64,000 bases of DNA from Acidobacteriota bacterium (GCA_021787565.1 JAJYLT010000003.1:79775-143774); one strand, 5' to 3'; positions 9,193-23,017 are shown, counted from the stretch's first letter. Translations and numbers: made by a program. The notes: generated by a model not told the origin, from the letters alone.

Positions 9193-10413
9193 TCATCCTT
9201 CGCGCCGGCCCGAAGGTTCGAGGGTCCGGATCTCCACCTCCTGGATCTGGCGCGAGGTGGCCTTCACGACGCGATACTCGTAGCCGGGATCCCTCAGCAC
9301 GGCTCCCGGAGCTGGAACGCGGGCCGCCAGATTCAGTACGTGGCCGGCCAGCGTCCGGCAATTGGGATCGTGCGGAGCGCGCGGAAACCTCTCCCGAAAT
9401 TCGGCGTAGGGCGTGGCACCCGGCAACGTCACCCCGGATCCGCCTTCGTCCTCGGGGGGTCGGGTGCAGAACAGGCTCGCGGCCAGAGACGCCCGGGTGA
9501 TGATGCCGGCGATGCCCCCGTACTCATCCGCCAGCACCACCGCCGGCCATCCCTCCTTGTAAAGGTCCTCGAGCACCAGCCTGATGGGCCGGTTCTCCGG
9601 GTAGATGGGTACCTGCCTGCACCATTGCGCGGCAGTGGAAGGCCGGTCATCCAACGACCACTCGAGCAGTTCCTCGGGTCCCATCAGACCCAGGAGGTCA
9701 TCCGTTTCGTACCCGTACACGCAGGCCCAGGCCTCCCTCTCGCCGGCAACGGAGGCGAGCGCCTCCGCCTTGTCGGCGGCGGCTCGAACGAAGTGCATAG
9801 CGGTGCGCGGCACCATGCGGCAGGAAGCGGGCTCGCTGGCCATTCGGATGAGGTTGCCCAGGAGGCTCTCTTCCGTCTCATGAAAGGCGCCCTCCACCCG
9901 CGCCGCCGTGAAAAGGTCGTGGAGTTCGTCCAGCGGCTCCACACCCGAGGCCCCGGAAGGCGAAGGCATGCGGTCCAGCATGCGGAGCAGGAACCGGCCC
10001 GCCGGCGCCACGGTCTTCACGTACGCTTCCAGCACGGGGGCGTAGCTCCGGCTGATTCGCCGAGCCTCGTTGGCCGCGACAGCCTTCGGGATCGCCTCGC
10101 CGAGGAGCACCAGAAGCGCCGTCGTGGCCAGGATTCCCACGCTCACGCCCCAGGGCTGCGGAAGGAGACGGCTCCTGAGGCTGGAGGAGAGGAAGGAGAG
10201 GAGGACGTTGACCGTCTCGTTGCCCAGCATCAGGCAGATCAGCAGAAGCGGGGGATCCCGCAGCACCCTCGCCACGGCGCTGCTCCCCTCCTCCCGGTGC
10301 TCAACCTGCCACGGCTTCAGGCTGAAGAAGGCCGCCTCTGAACTGGAGAAGAAGGCGGACATCGCCAGCATGAGCAGAACCGCCAGCGCTTCGGCGGCGA
10401 GGAGGGCGCTCAT
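9193..10413 (-). CDS. CNNM/CorB-family transporter (DUF21 transmembrane domain + CBS pair + CorC_HlyC)
   Basis: N-terminal DUF21 TM segments, a CBS region and a C-terminal transporter-associated domain. Start chosen at ATG 10413, which overlaps the thiE stop (ATGA); other in-frame ATGs are at 10440 and 10503. Confidence 0.75.
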   Translation of the reverse strand: MSALLAAEALAVLLMLAMSAFFSSSEAAFFSLKPWQVEHREEGSSAVARVLRDPPLLLICLMLGNETVNVLLSFLSSSLRSRLLPQPWGVSVGILATTALLVLLGEAIPKAVAANEARRISRSYAPVLEAYVKTVAPAGRFLLRMLDRMPSPSGASGVEPLDELHDLFTAARVEGAFHETEESLLGNLIRMASEPASCRMVPRTAMHFVRAAADKAEALASVAGEREAWACVYGYETDDLLGLMGPEELLEWSLDDRPSTAAQWCRQVPIYPENRPIRLVLEDLYKEGWPAVVLADEYGGIAGIITRASLAASLFCTRPPEDEGGSGVTLPGATPYAEFRERFPRAPHDPNCRTLAGHVLNLAARVPAPGAVLRDPGYEYRVVKATSRQIQEVEIRTLEPSGRREG

Positions 10414-11041
10414 GGTCGCTCGGAGAGGAGGGCCCGCCATCCCGCCGCGGGATCGGAGGAAAGGAACGAGATGACCGCCAGGCTGGCGAAGCCCCGCTTC
10501 CATAACGGCCCCGCGTTCTCGGGAAGGATCCCACCGATGCCGACCACCGGCAGGGGCGACTCCTTCAGGACCGCCTCCTGCACCTCTATGGGCACGACGG
10601 GATCGGGATGATCCTTGGTGGCCGTGGGCTGGACGGGCCCGAGAGCCAGATAATCCAAGGGGAGCGGGAGGGCCTGGCGGAACTGGTCCAGGTTGTGGGT
10701 GGAGAGCCCGATGATGGCACCGGGGCCCAACAGGGTCCGCGCCTCGGCGGCGGGGAGGTCCTCCTGGCCCAGATGGACCCCGTCCGCGCCCGCCACGAGG
10801 CAGAGGTCCACCCGGTCGTCCAGGATCAGCTTCGCGCCGCGGCTCCGGCAGAGTCCGAGAAGAGCGGTTACATCTGCGAACCGCTCGCGGTCCGAGCCGG
10901 TCTTGCGTCGGTATTGTAGCAGGCGGCAGCCTTCACCGACGAGAGCCCGGGCCCAGGCCAACAGGGCTTCGCGTTCCAAGCCTTCGGGGGAGATGGGGTA
11001 GATCGCCGAAAAGGGCGCCTCACCGCGGATGACCATGGGCC
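10410..11041 (-). CDS. thiE: thiamine-phosphate synthase
   Basis: About 210 aa with ThiE/TMP-TENI TIM-barrel motifs (GADGVHLGQEDL, GIGGI). Start MVIRGE at 11041; the longer ORF-track extension is non-coding-like. Confidence 0.85.
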
Positions 11042-11077
11042 TCTTCTCCTGGACCGGTCGAACCCGCGGCCGCCCGC

Positions 11078-12412
11078 TCAGTTCGTAAACCGGTCCATGA
11101 ATCGAGTGGAGAGCCTCCCGGCCTGGAAATCTTCGTCCTCCATGATCTTGAGGTGCATGGAAATGTTGGTCTTGATGCCCTCGACCACGAAGGACTCCAG
11201 AGACCTCTTCATGCGGAGGATGCTGTCCTTCCGGGTGTTCCCCCGCACGATCAGCTTGGCCAGCAGGGAATCGTAGTGGGGCGACACGAAGTAGCCAGCG
11301 TAGGCCGCCGTGTCCACCCGGACCCCGGGCCCTCCCGGTGAGTGGAAGGTGGTGATGCGCCCGGGGCTCGGCGTGAATCGATGAGGATCTTCGGCGTTGA
11401 TCCTGCACTCCATGGAGTGGCCGGTGAGCTTGATGTCCTTCTGCTTCCACTGCATCTTTTCGCCGGCCGCGGCCATGATCTGGGCCTTGACCAGATCCAC
11501 TCCGGTGACGTTTTCGGTCACGGGATGCTCCACCTGGATCCGGGTGTTCATCTCCATGAAGTAGAACCTGTCCTTGTCGTAGAGGAACTCCATCGTTCCC
11601 ACGGTGGCGTAACCGACGGCCTGGGCCCCTTTCACGGCGGTGTCCCCCATCTCGGCCCTCAGCATCGGCGTGAGGGCCGGCGAGGGAGACTCCTCGATGA
11701 GCTTCTGGTGCCGCCTCTGGATGGAGCACTCCCGCTCGAAGAGGTGGATCACGTTTCCGAACTGGTCACCGAGGATCTGAATCTCGATGTGGCGGGGGGC
11801 CTCCAGGTATTTCTCCAGGTAGAGGTCGCCGTTGCCGAAGGCGGAGGCCGCCTCGCTCCCGGCCATCTGGAAGGCCAGCTCCATCTCGCCCTCCGAGTTG
11901 ACCACCCGCATCCCCTTGCCGCCGCCGCCCGCCGAGGCCTTGAGAATTATCGGGTAACCGACCTCCGCGGCGATGGCCTTGGCCTCATCCACCGTGGCCA
12001 CGGGGCCATCGGAGCCAGGCAGGATAGGCACTCCGGCCGCCTTCATCGTCTTCTTCGCTTCCGCCTTGTTTCCCATGAGGGCTATGGTCTGAGGACTGGG
12101 ACCGATGAAGGTGATGTTGCAGGCCTGGCACACCTGGGCGAATTCGGCTGACTCCGAGAGGAAACCGTAGCCGGGATGAATGCCGTCCACGTTGCTGATC
12201 TCCGCCGCGGCAATGAGGTTGGTGATGTTGAGATAGGAGTCGCGGCTCGGGGCGGGGCCGATGCAGATGTTCTCATCGGCGAAGCGCACGTGCAGGGAGT
12301 CGATGTCCACGTCCGAATGGACGGCCACCGTCTTGATGCCCAGCTCCTTGCACGCCCAGATGATCCGCAGGGCGATCTCGCCCCGGTTGGCGATGAGGAC
12401 TTTACGGAACAT
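11078..12412 (-). CDS. accC: acetyl-CoA carboxylase biotin carboxylase subunit
   Basis: ATP-grasp biotin carboxylase ([18 protein letters not shown]...) of about 445 aa. Confidence 0.95.
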   Translation of the reverse strand: MFRKVLIANRGEIALRIIWACKELGIKTVAVHSDVDIDSLHVRFADENICIGPAPSRDSYLNITNLIAAAEISNVDGIHPGYGFLSESAEFAQVCQACNITFIGPSPQTIALMGNKAEAKKTMKAAGVPILPGSDGPVATVDEAKAIAAEVGYPIILKASAGGGGKGMRVVNSEGEMELAFQMAGSEAASAFGNGDLYLEKYLEAPRHIEIQILGDQFGNVIHLFERECSIQRRHQKLIEESPSPALTPMLRAEMGDTAVKGAQAVGYATVGTMEFLYDKDRFYFMEMNTRIQVEHPVTENVTGVDLVKAQIMAAAGEKMQWKQKDIKLTGHSMECRINAEDPHRFTPSPGRITTFHSPGGPGVRVDTAAYAGYFVSPHYDSLLAKLIVRGNTRKDSILRMKRSLESFVVEGIKTNISMHLKIMEDEDFQAGRLSTRFMDRFTN

Positions 12413-12419
12413 GCGCGCC

Positions 12420-13001
12420 TCAGCTCGCCGGATCGACGAGGAACAGCGCCTCGCCGTATTCCACGGGCTGGGCATTCTCCGTGAGAATGTCCACGACGAC
12501 CCCGTCCACTTCGCTCTCGATCTCGTTCATGAGCTTCATCGCTTCGATGATGCAGAGCGTCTTCCCCTTCTTCACCCGGTCCCCTATCTTCACGAAAGGC
12601 TCCGCCCCGGGGGCCGGAGACCGGTAGAAGGTGCCCACCATGGGGCTCTTCACCTGGAGGTACTGGTCGCTCTTGGGGGGGTGAGCGGGCGGGGCCGCCT
12701 CCCCGGAAGGTGGACCGGCCTGAGCGGGGACCGGGGGGGACGGCGATGCGGACGGTGCCGGGTTTCCAGCCGGGAATACGACCTCCTGGCGGGCGGTGCC
12801 AGGGACCATCGGAGAAGGCACCATGATGAATTGCGGAGAGCGCGCCGGCTCCGCCGCGGGGGCCGCCTTGCACAGGCGAAGCTTCATGCCTTCGCTCTCG
12901 ATCTCCAGCTCGTTGACCCCGCTCTTGTCCAGCATATCGACGAGCTTCTGAATGTCGGACAGCTTCATGGATACCCCTTCACGCTTGGAGTCTTCTGCCA
13001 T
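12420..13001 (-). CDS. accB: acetyl-CoA carboxylase biotin carboxyl carrier protein
   Basis: C-terminal biotinyl domain with the EAMKLMNEI motif, a Pro/Ala-rich linker, and start MAEDSK. Confidence 0.9.
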   Translation of the reverse strand: MAEDSKREGVSMKLSDIQKLVDMLDKSGVNELEIESEGMKLRLCKAAPAAEPARSPQFIMVPSPMVPGTARQEVVFPAGNPAPSASPSPPVPAQAGPPSGEAAPPAHPPKSDQYLQVKSPMVGTFYRSPAPGAEPFVKIGDRVKKGKTLCIIEAMKLMNEIESEVDGVVVDILTENAQPVEYGEALFLVDPAS

Positions 13002-13073
13002 GTTCTCCCTTTTTCCCATTGAATCAGTATACACCATCGCGCCACGCATGGGCCCCGGCCGCTCCGGAAGTCC

Positions 13074-16423
<3,350 letters not shown>

Positions 16424-16424
16424 G

Positions 16425-17573
16425 TCAGAACCTTTCGACCTGCAGCCTGTACTGCTCCAGGTTGCGGAGGACCTCCCCGAGGCTGTCCCCCCCGACCTTC
16501 TCCAGGAGGGCTTCGGCCAGGCAGAGGGCCAGGACGGCCTCACCGATCACGGCGGCAGCGGGAACGGCGCACACGTCGGACCGCTCCTTCTGGGCCTTGG
16601 CCGCCCGCTTCGTTCCGATGTCCACCGAGTCCAGCGGCTTCATCAGGGTGGACAGGGGCTTGAGGTAAGCCGTCACGACGATGACCTCGCCGTTGCTGAT
16701 GCCCCCCTCCACGCCGCCGGCCCAATTGGATTCCCGGTAGAAACCTCGCCGAACCTCGTAATGAACCGGGTCTTGGGCCTCCGCCCCGCGGAGCCCGCTC
16801 ACTCGAACCCCGGCCCCCAGCTCCACGGCCTTCACCGAGGGGATGGAGAAGAAGTGGGCGCCCAGCTTCGCGTCGAGCCTGCGGTCCCAGTGAACGTGCG
16901 ATCCCAGCCCCGGAGGGATTCCCTCCGCCAGGACGCAAACGGAGCCGCCCAGCGTATCCCCGTCGGCAGCGGCGGCCCGGATGGCCTCCTGCACGCGCCT
17001 GGCCGCTTCGGGATCCGTCATGGGCATCTCCGGGTCCAGGCCCCGGCAGGCGCTCACCGTCTCTCCCGGCGGCGACTGAATGCCACCCACGCCCGTCACG
17101 CTGGAGCCGATGTGGATGCCGGCCTCCTCCAGGAGCCGTCTGCTCACGCTGCCGGCGGCCACGCGCGCGGCGGTTTCTCTGGCGCTGGCCCGTTCGAGGA
17201 TGTCGCGGCAGTCCCGGCGGTCGTACTTGAGGGCCCCGGCCAGATCGGCGTGTCCTGGTCTCGGGATCGTGAAGAGCCGATCGGCGGCGCCCTGCGTCTC
17301 GCCCGTGGCCATGGTTTCCTGCCAGTTCGCGTGGTCGCGGTTGGTCACGAGCATGGCGATGGGGCTTCCCAGGGTCTCGCCTCGGCGGACGCCGGAGAGG
17401 ATCTGCGCACGGTCCTGCTCGATGCGCTGCCTGGCCCCCCTTCCCGCGCCAAGCTGCCGTCGGGCCAGCTGCTCGTTGATGAACCCCTCGGTGAGGGACA
17501 ACCCGGCCGGGCAGCCTTCCACGATGACGCTGAGGGAAGGTCCGTGGGATTCGCCGGCAGTGAGAAATCGCAT
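16425..17573 (-). CDS. aroC: chorismate synthase
   Basis: MRFLTAGESHGPSL N-terminus and a conserved chorismate synthase body. Confidence 0.95.
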   Translation of the reverse strand: MRFLTAGESHGPSLSVIVEGCPAGLSLTEGFINEQLARRQLGAGRGARQRIEQDRAQILSGVRRGETLGSPIAMLVTNRDHANWQETMATGETQGAADRLFTIPRPGHADLAGALKYDRRDCRDILERASARETAARVAAGSVSRRLLEEAGIHIGSSVTGVGGIQSPPGETVSACRGLDPEMPMTDPEAARRVQEAIRAAAADGDTLGGSVCVLAEGIPPGLGSHVHWDRRLDAKLGAHFFSIPSVKAVELGAGVRVSGLRGAEAQDPVHYEVRRGFYRESNWAGGVEGGISNGEVIVVTAYLKPLSTLMKPLDSVDIGTKRAAKAQKERSDVCAVPAAAVIGEAVLALCLAEALLEKVGGDSLGEVLRNLEQYRLQVERF

Positions 17574-17676
17574 GTCACCCCTCCGGGAGGGCAAATCCGG
17601 GCCAGATGCGAGGTGCGCCCACACCGATGAGCATACACGGTGGGTGCCCAGGATGAAAAGTGGACCGTACCCTCCT

Positions 17677-18582
17677 TCAGCTCCAGACGAAGGGGATCGG
17701 TAGAAAGCAGAGGACGAACATCACGATGGCGGCGAGCCCGAGAAGGACCTGAGCCGGCGAAAGTGGCTGGCTGTCGTCGATGCAGGGGGGATGGCGCAGC
17801 CCGAGGACGAAGAAGATGAGGCCCACCCAGATGATCCACTGGGGATGGAACAGGGCGAAAGCCAAACACACCAAGCCCAGGGCCAAGCTGACGACCCGAT
17901 GGCGGCTCCGCAGGAAGCCGTAGAGGACGTGCCCGCCGTCCAGCTGGCCGATGGGGATGAGATTCAGTCCCTGCACGAAAAAGCCGATCCAAGCCGACAA
18001 CAGCACCGGGTTCTCAAAGAAGGTGAGCTGGTGGGACCAGTGGTGGGTCATCAGTCCGCGCAGGGCCCAGAAGGCGAGGGGAAGGTTCACGTTCATGCCC
18101 AAGTCCGCGGGCGAGTGGTACCCGACCAGGCCCAGCCAGAAGCCCAGCAGGGCGACCAGGACGCTGGCGCCAAACCCCCACAAGGGGCCCATGGCGCCCA
18201 CCTCCATGAGGATGCCGCGCGTGGCGATGGGGCTCTTCAGGCGGATGAAGGCACCGAAGGTGCCCAAGGACAGGTAGGGCGGGCCGGGAATGAAGTAGGG
18301 CCACGTGACCTGGATCCCGTAACGCCGGGCCGTCAGGAAGTGGCCCATTTCGTGAACGCCCAGAATGAACAGGAGGGGCACCGCGAAGGGCGCTCCCAGG
18401 AAGATGGCCAGGGGATGATGGAACATGTAACGCAGGTGCTCCAGGATTCCCATGTCGTAGAATTCCGGCAGGAGGAGCACGCCGGCGTAGAGGGTGGTCC
18501 AAAGAGTCACCGCCAGCAAGACACCATGGCGAAACCTGAAGGGTTCGGGATGGGGTAGCTGGACTACGTAGACCTCGTCCAA
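17677..18582 (-). CDS. site-2 protease family (M50) membrane metalloprotease
   Basis: Polytopic membrane protein with the HEMGHF zinc motif. Confidence 0.8.
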   Translation of the reverse strand: MDEVYVVQLPHPEPFRFRHGVLLAVTLWTTLYAGVLLLPEFYDMGILEHLRYMFHHPLAIFLGAPFAVPLLFILGVHEMGHFLTARRYGIQVTWPYFIPGPPYLSLGTFGAFIRLKSPIATRGILMEVGAMGPLWGFGASVLVALLGFWLGLVGYHSPADLGMNVNLPLAFWALRGLMTHHWSHQLTFFENPVLLSAWIGFFVQGLNLIPIGQLDGGHVLYGFLRSRHRVVSLALGLVCLAFALFHPQWIIWVGLIFFVLGLRHPPCIDDSQPLSPAQVLLGLAAIVMFVLCFLPIPFVWS

Positions 18583-18585
18583 GTC

Positions 18586-18849
18586 TCAGTCAAAAAAATG
18601 GCTGGAGGGCTTGAACTTGATTGTTTTGCCCGGGGGGATTTGGACGGCCTCGCCCGTCTTCAGGTTCCTGCCGACCCCACGCTTGCGTTCCTTGACCCGG
18701 AAAACCCCGAAGCCACGGAATTCCACGCGCTGTCCCTCGGACAAGGCGTCCCTGATGGCATCGAAAACCGTATCCACTGCATCTTGAGCCTTGAGCTTGG
18801 GGAGATTGGCGGTCTTCGCTACTTCTACAACGATGTCGGCCTTGATCAT
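18586..18849 (-). CDS. HU/IHF-family DNA-binding protein
   Basis: 87 aa (MIKADIVVEVAK...GFGVFRVKERKRGVGRNLKTGE) with the typical beta-arm signature. Confidence 0.85.
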   Translation of the reverse strand: MIKADIVVEVAKTANLPKLKAQDAVDTVFDAIRDALSEGQRVEFRGFGVFRVKERKRGVGRNLKTGEAVQIPPGKTIKFKPSSHFFD

Positions 18850-19033
18850 TACCGTTCCTCCAGACCAAGTGAAATCGGCACTATAGAGAGCTTTGGCACG
18901 GCTGTCAAGGTTGCCCGGGCCCGCTCGGCGAGCCAGCGTCTTCGCGGTTCCGGACTCACGCGGTGATGAGACCAGGCCGGCCTGGATGGCGCCGGGCAGG
19001 GCGGACCCTCTCGAAGCCGTTCCCTGCCGCTGC

Positions 19034-19372
19034 TCACCGGAAGGACCCGATGGCCTCTCCCAATGAATCATAGGATTCGAACACGGCGGCAAGCTGCGTG
19101 ATCGACAGGAGGTCCTTGGTCTTCTTCGTCAAATTGGCGAGCTTCAGGGTCGCTCCCTGGTGGCGCGCGGTGGTGTAAGCCGCCACCAGTTCGCCAAGCC
19201 CCGTGGAATCCATGAAGGACACCTCGCCCAGATCCACCACGATGCTCTTCTTTTCCTTGCCCAGGAGGTCCTTGATCACGTCGCGCATGGTCACGTCACC
19301 CGCGCCCAGCGTGATGGTCCCTTTCAGTTCGAGCACGCTAACCCCGTCTTTCTCATACGTGCGATGATTCAT
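19034..19372 (-). CDS. STAS-domain anti-sigma-factor antagonist (RsbV/SpoIIAA-like)
   Basis: 112 aa STAS protein with a conserved phosphorylatable Ser in the DSTGLG motif. Confidence 0.85.
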   Translation of the reverse strand: MNHRTYEKDGVSVLELKGTITLGAGDVTMRDVIKDLLGKEKKSIVVDLGEVSFMDSTGLGELVAAYTTARHQGATLKLANLTKKTKDLLSITQLAAVFESYDSLGEAIGSFR

Positions 19373-19872
19373 TCAGGCTCCTCCTTAGAGACGCGTTGTG
19401 CCAAATTGACCGTCATCACGAGGCCGAACCTCCCGTCGGCATCTCGAACGAATTGCACTTTATCGGTGAACTGCCGAATGAGAAAGATTCCCCGGCCGTT
19501 GGGCTTAAGAAGGTTCTCCGGATCCCTTGGATCACAAAGCTTGCTCGTGTTGAATCCCGTGCCCTCGTCCCATACCGTCATCGTGAAGGCGTCGGGAGTA
19601 CCGACCATCTCCACCTCGATCCACTTGCCGGGCTCCTTCTTGTTCCCGTGGAGAACGGCGTTGTTGACCGCCTCCCTGAGGGCCAGCGCCACCCAGTCCA
19701 TCCGGTCGGCGGGAATGGGGATCTCAAGGGCCACCTGGGCCAGAACCGCGTGGAAGAGGTCGGTGTACTTCAGGTGGGAGTGAACGCGGATGGAAATCCG
19801 AAGCGTTTCCGGGCGGGATTGCGTCAGGCTCGTTCCCTTGCCGGCATTCAGCGTTGGATCGGCCAGCGTCAT
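19369..19872 (-). CDS. anti-sigma regulatory factor / Ser-protein kinase (RsbW/SpoIIAB-like, GHKL ATPase)
   Basis: 167 aa HATPase_c protein (HGNKKEPGKWIEV, DEGTGF). Its stop overlaps the RsbV-like start (ATGA). Confidence 0.8.
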   Translation of the reverse strand: MTLADPTLNAGKGTSLTQSRPETLRISIRVHSHLKYTDLFHAVLAQVALEIPIPADRMDWVALALREAVNNAVLHGNKKEPGKWIEVEMVGTPDAFTMTVWDEGTGFNTSKLCDPRDPENLLKPNGRGIFLIRQFTDKVQFVRDADGRFGLVMTVNLAQRVSKEEPE

Positions 19873-19981
19873 GAGCGCTCTCCCTTCCCTCTGAAGTGGA
19901 AATTATAGAGATCGGCGCTTCGGGGGTCAACCAGCCGACGGGGCATGCCCGCCGCCTGGCGCCGGATGCCTTGGGGGGGCT

Positions 19982-21736
19982 TCACTGGACCACGATGACC
20001 CTGTTCTTGCCCGACTGTTTGGCCCCGTATAGCGCCTCATCCAGCTTTCGGAGGAGGGTCGGCAGATCCTGCTCCCCCTTGAGGTGGTCCGAGTGGAGCA
20101 GGCTGATGGAGCATCCCATGGCCAGCCCTCCGGCCTCCTCCCTTGGTAGCGCCTGGGTGGCGAAGCTCGACCGGATCCGCTCGGCCTTCTCGTGCGCCGC
20201 CTTCTCCTTGCAGCCCAGGAGGAGCACGATGAACTCGTCCCCGCCGTATCGCGCCGGCACGTCCTCCCGCCGCAGGGTTCGCCGCAGGAGGTCTCCGATC
20301 CTGTGGAGGACCTTGTCCCCCATCGCGTGCCCCAGGTGATCGTTTACCGCCTTGAAGTCGTCCAGGTCGATCATCAGGAGGGCAAAGGGCGCCCTGTGGC
20401 GGCTGGAAAAGGAGAGCTCCTCCTCCAAGCGGTAGAGGAAGTAGGACCGGTTGTACAGACCCGTCAGCGGGTCCTGGATGGCCTGGAGGTGGAGGAAGCA
20501 GTTCTCGAGGGCTACCTCCAAGGACTGCGCGCAGAGTTCGAGCAACTCCTGCTTCTTCTCCAGGGGAACCTCGGATTGGTAGGAGTAGACGACGATGCCG
20601 CCAAACGGCTCCCCCCCGTGGAGCAGGGGGAGACCGAAGACGGAGGGCGGGATCATGAAGGGAGCCGTCTCGAGCGGCTGAAGGAACTCGAAGAGCCTTT
20701 CGCCGAGGCGCCTGCTGGGCTCGCTCAACGGGAGCTGGTCGTACTGGAATCGGCGCTCCTCGGGAAGGTAGGTGGATCGGCTCTTCTCGCCCTCGACTTG
20801 CACCAGGTAGATGGTCGTCGCGTATCGCTGGTAGAAGACTACCCCAATCCCGTCGGCCGGAAGCCACTGGGCGAGCGAACGCGTGAAGGACTCCACCATG
20901 GGCATGACGTCCAGGTCTGAACTGGCCGCCGACGAAACGCGGCTCAGAATGGTCAGGTCCTCGACCCGGTTCTTGAGTTCATGTTGCGTCTTGGTCAGCG
21001 TGCTCAGCAGCCAGAAGCCCGCCAGAACGAAGACTCCCAGGACGAGAAAGGAGAGGATTCCGATCTTGATGGCCACGATGCTCAGAAGGTAGCCCAGCGT
21101 GCAGATGGTGAAGCTGTAGGCCAAGTCCACGGTCACCGCTTCGCGCCAGAACTGCTTCAGGTCCGAGCGGCGGAGATATTCGCTGGGCACAAAGAAGACG
21201 TTGTTGACCCCCACGTAGACGACAAAAGCCAGCAGCGCCGCCCAGAGTTCTGTCGAGTGGCCCTGGGGGGGAATACTGCCGCCGGCCGCGCTGTAGGCGA
21301 TCCAGGCGAACCCTATCCTGAGCAGGCGGTTCCCTGACGTCCCAAGGGAGAGATACCGGATGACCCTTCTGGGGGCCTCTTCCCGTCTGAGGCGATCGAA
21401 ATAATTGAAGCCCGCCGAGAGGAGGGCTAGGCCGGCGCCCGCCGCCGGCGAGACCAGGAAGAGGGCCACCAGGGCGAAGGAGATGTCGAAGGAGACGTAG
21501 TAGTTGTTTGATCCCATCCCGAACTTGAAGCGCATGGCCAGGAATGACGCGGCCAGGAGAAGCCCCAGCAGGGCCCAGGGACTCCCTGCCCCCAACCCCC
21601 AGATCTGGATTTTGGGATCGTGAATGACGGCGAGGCTTCCGGACGGGCTACAAAAACCGATGGCGATCCAGAGCGCCAGGCCCATTGCGAACTGCGCGCA
21701 TTCGTAAAGGCCCTGAGCTCGCTCTTTTCCCGCCAT
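19982..21736 (-). CDS. membrane-anchored diguanylate cyclase (multi-TM N-terminal sensor + GGDEF)
   Basis: About 8 predicted TM helices followed by a GGDEF domain with intact RYGGDEF and an inhibitory-site-like RxxD. Confidence 0.85.
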   Translation of the reverse strand: MAGKERAQGLYECAQFAMGLALWIAIGFCSPSGSLAVIHDPKIQIWGLGAGSPWALLGLLLAASFLAMRFKFGMGSNNYYVSFDISFALVALFLVSPAAGAGLALLSAGFNYFDRLRREEAPRRVIRYLSLGTSGNRLLRIGFAWIAYSAAGGSIPPQGHSTELWAALLAFVVYVGVNNVFFVPSEYLRRSDLKQFWREAVTVDLAYSFTICTLGYLLSIVAIKIGILSFLVLGVFVLAGFWLLSTLTKTQHELKNRVEDLTILSRVSSAASSDLDVMPMVESFTRSLAQWLPADGIGVVFYQRYATTIYLVQVEGEKSRSTYLPEERRFQYDQLPLSEPSRRLGERLFEFLQPLETAPFMIPPSVFGLPLLHGGEPFGGIVVYSYQSEVPLEKKQELLELCAQSLEVALENCFLHLQAIQDPLTGLYNRSYFLYRLEEELSFSSRHRAPFALLMIDLDDFKAVNDHLGHAMGDKVLHRIGDLLRRTLRREDVPARYGGDEFIVLLLGCKEKAAHEKAERIRSSFATQALPREEAGGLAMGCSISLLHSDHLKGEQDLPTLLRKLDEALYGAKQSGKNRVIVVQ

Positions 21737-21799
21737 TGGTCGAGCCTACGCCAAAACGGCTCGGATGAGAAGGGCCCTTTCGGCGGTCGCCCCGCCCGA

Positions 21800-23017
21800 T
21801 CACTCCAGGCGGCGGATGTACACGGCCGTGCGATCATCCGTGTACTTGCTGCCTACGCTGTAGGTGGCCACCAGATCCAGGAGGCCGCAGACCATCTGCC
21901 GGGCGTCAAACCGGTCGTAGTTGTCCCGCACGAAGGCCTGCACGCCGTCCTCTCCGAATTCTTTTCCGCTTGCATCGGAGGCCTCGCTGACGCCATCCGT
22001 GAACATGATGATGCTGTCCCCCGGATCCAGTTTGAAGAAGCCCCGCCGATAGGTGCTGTCGGAGGTTGGGCCAAGGACCCGGCCGCCCTCCGTCATGGGG
22101 TAGAAGCGGTCCTTCTTGACCCTGTAATAGAAGGGCGGATTGTGGCCCGCGTTGCAGTAGATGAAGTGCCCCCCTCCCTGCTCCAACTCGCCGTAAAACA
22201 AGGAGATGTACCGGGAGGTGAGGCGGGACGCATTGATGACGCGGTTCAGCTTCTCGAAGACCTTGACCGTCTTCTGGTCCTCCGAAAGCCCCATCCTCAG
22301 GCCCATCACCACGTCCCTCGCCTGGAGGGCGGCCGGGAGACCGTGACCCGTGGCGTCACCTATGGCCACGCCCAGGATGTTGGGATTGATGCGGATGAAG
22401 TCGTAGACGTCCCCCCCCACCAATTCGGCGGGCACGGAACGCCCGAAGATATCGAACCCTGGGAACTTCGGAGCCTCGTCCGGCAGGAGGGATAGCTGGA
22501 TCTCCCGGCTCTGCAGGATGAGGCCTTCGAGCTGCTCCTTGGCCAGCTTCAGGTTGATCGCGTGCCGGACCGTCGAAAGGGCGAAGAGTACGTCGTCCCG
22601 ATTCTCCAGCCATTCGCGCTGGACGCTGAAGGCGATGAGATAGGCATGGTTCGGGCCCACCGTGAGGGCCGCGAAGTGTTGCACCCCGAGCCTCTCCTCG
22701 AGTACGGGGTCCACCCCTTCGGAATCCAGCCCCATATAGATGAATCCTTTGCGGCGAACCACCTGGATGGGCGGATAGGTCTGGGGAATGAGGTATCCGA
22801 TGGGGACCGACGTGCCCGAGCCAAACTTGGCTTCGAGACGGTAGCCCTGCTCGTCGAGATCGTACCCGTACAGCCGGGCCCCGGAAAAGCCGAAATCCTC
22901 CGAAAAGTCCTTCAGGATTCTCTCGATGATAAGGCCCAGGGTCTCGCGCAGGCTCTCCTGGTTTTCTATTTCGCTCAGCTGGTTTTCGACCTTGCGGAAC
23001 AGCTCGTGGTAGTTCAT
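21800..23017 (-). CDS. GAF-domain PP2C-type Ser/Thr phosphatase (RsbU/SpoIIE family)
   Basis: N-terminal GAF plus SpoIIE/PP2C motifs (GDATGHGLPAAL, FTDGVSEA). Confidence 0.85.
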   Translation of the reverse strand: MNYHELFRKVENQLSEIENQESLRETLGLIIERILKDFSEDFGFSGARLYGYDLDEQGYRLEAKFGSGTSVPIGYLIPQTYPPIQVVRRKGFIYMGLDSEGVDPVLEERLGVQHFAALTVGPNHAYLIAFSVQREWLENRDDVLFALSTVRHAINLKLAKEQLEGLILQSREIQLSLLPDEAPKFPGFDIFGRSVPAELVGGDVYDFIRINPNILGVAIGDATGHGLPAALQARDVVMGLRMGLSEDQKTVKVFEKLNRVINASRLTSRYISLFYGELEQGGGHFIYCNAGHNPPFYYRVKKDRFYPMTEGGRVLGPTSDSTYRRGFFKLDPGDSIIMFTDGVSEASDASGKEFGEDGVQAFVRDNYDRFDARQMVCGLLDLVATYSVGSKYTDDRTAVYIRRLE

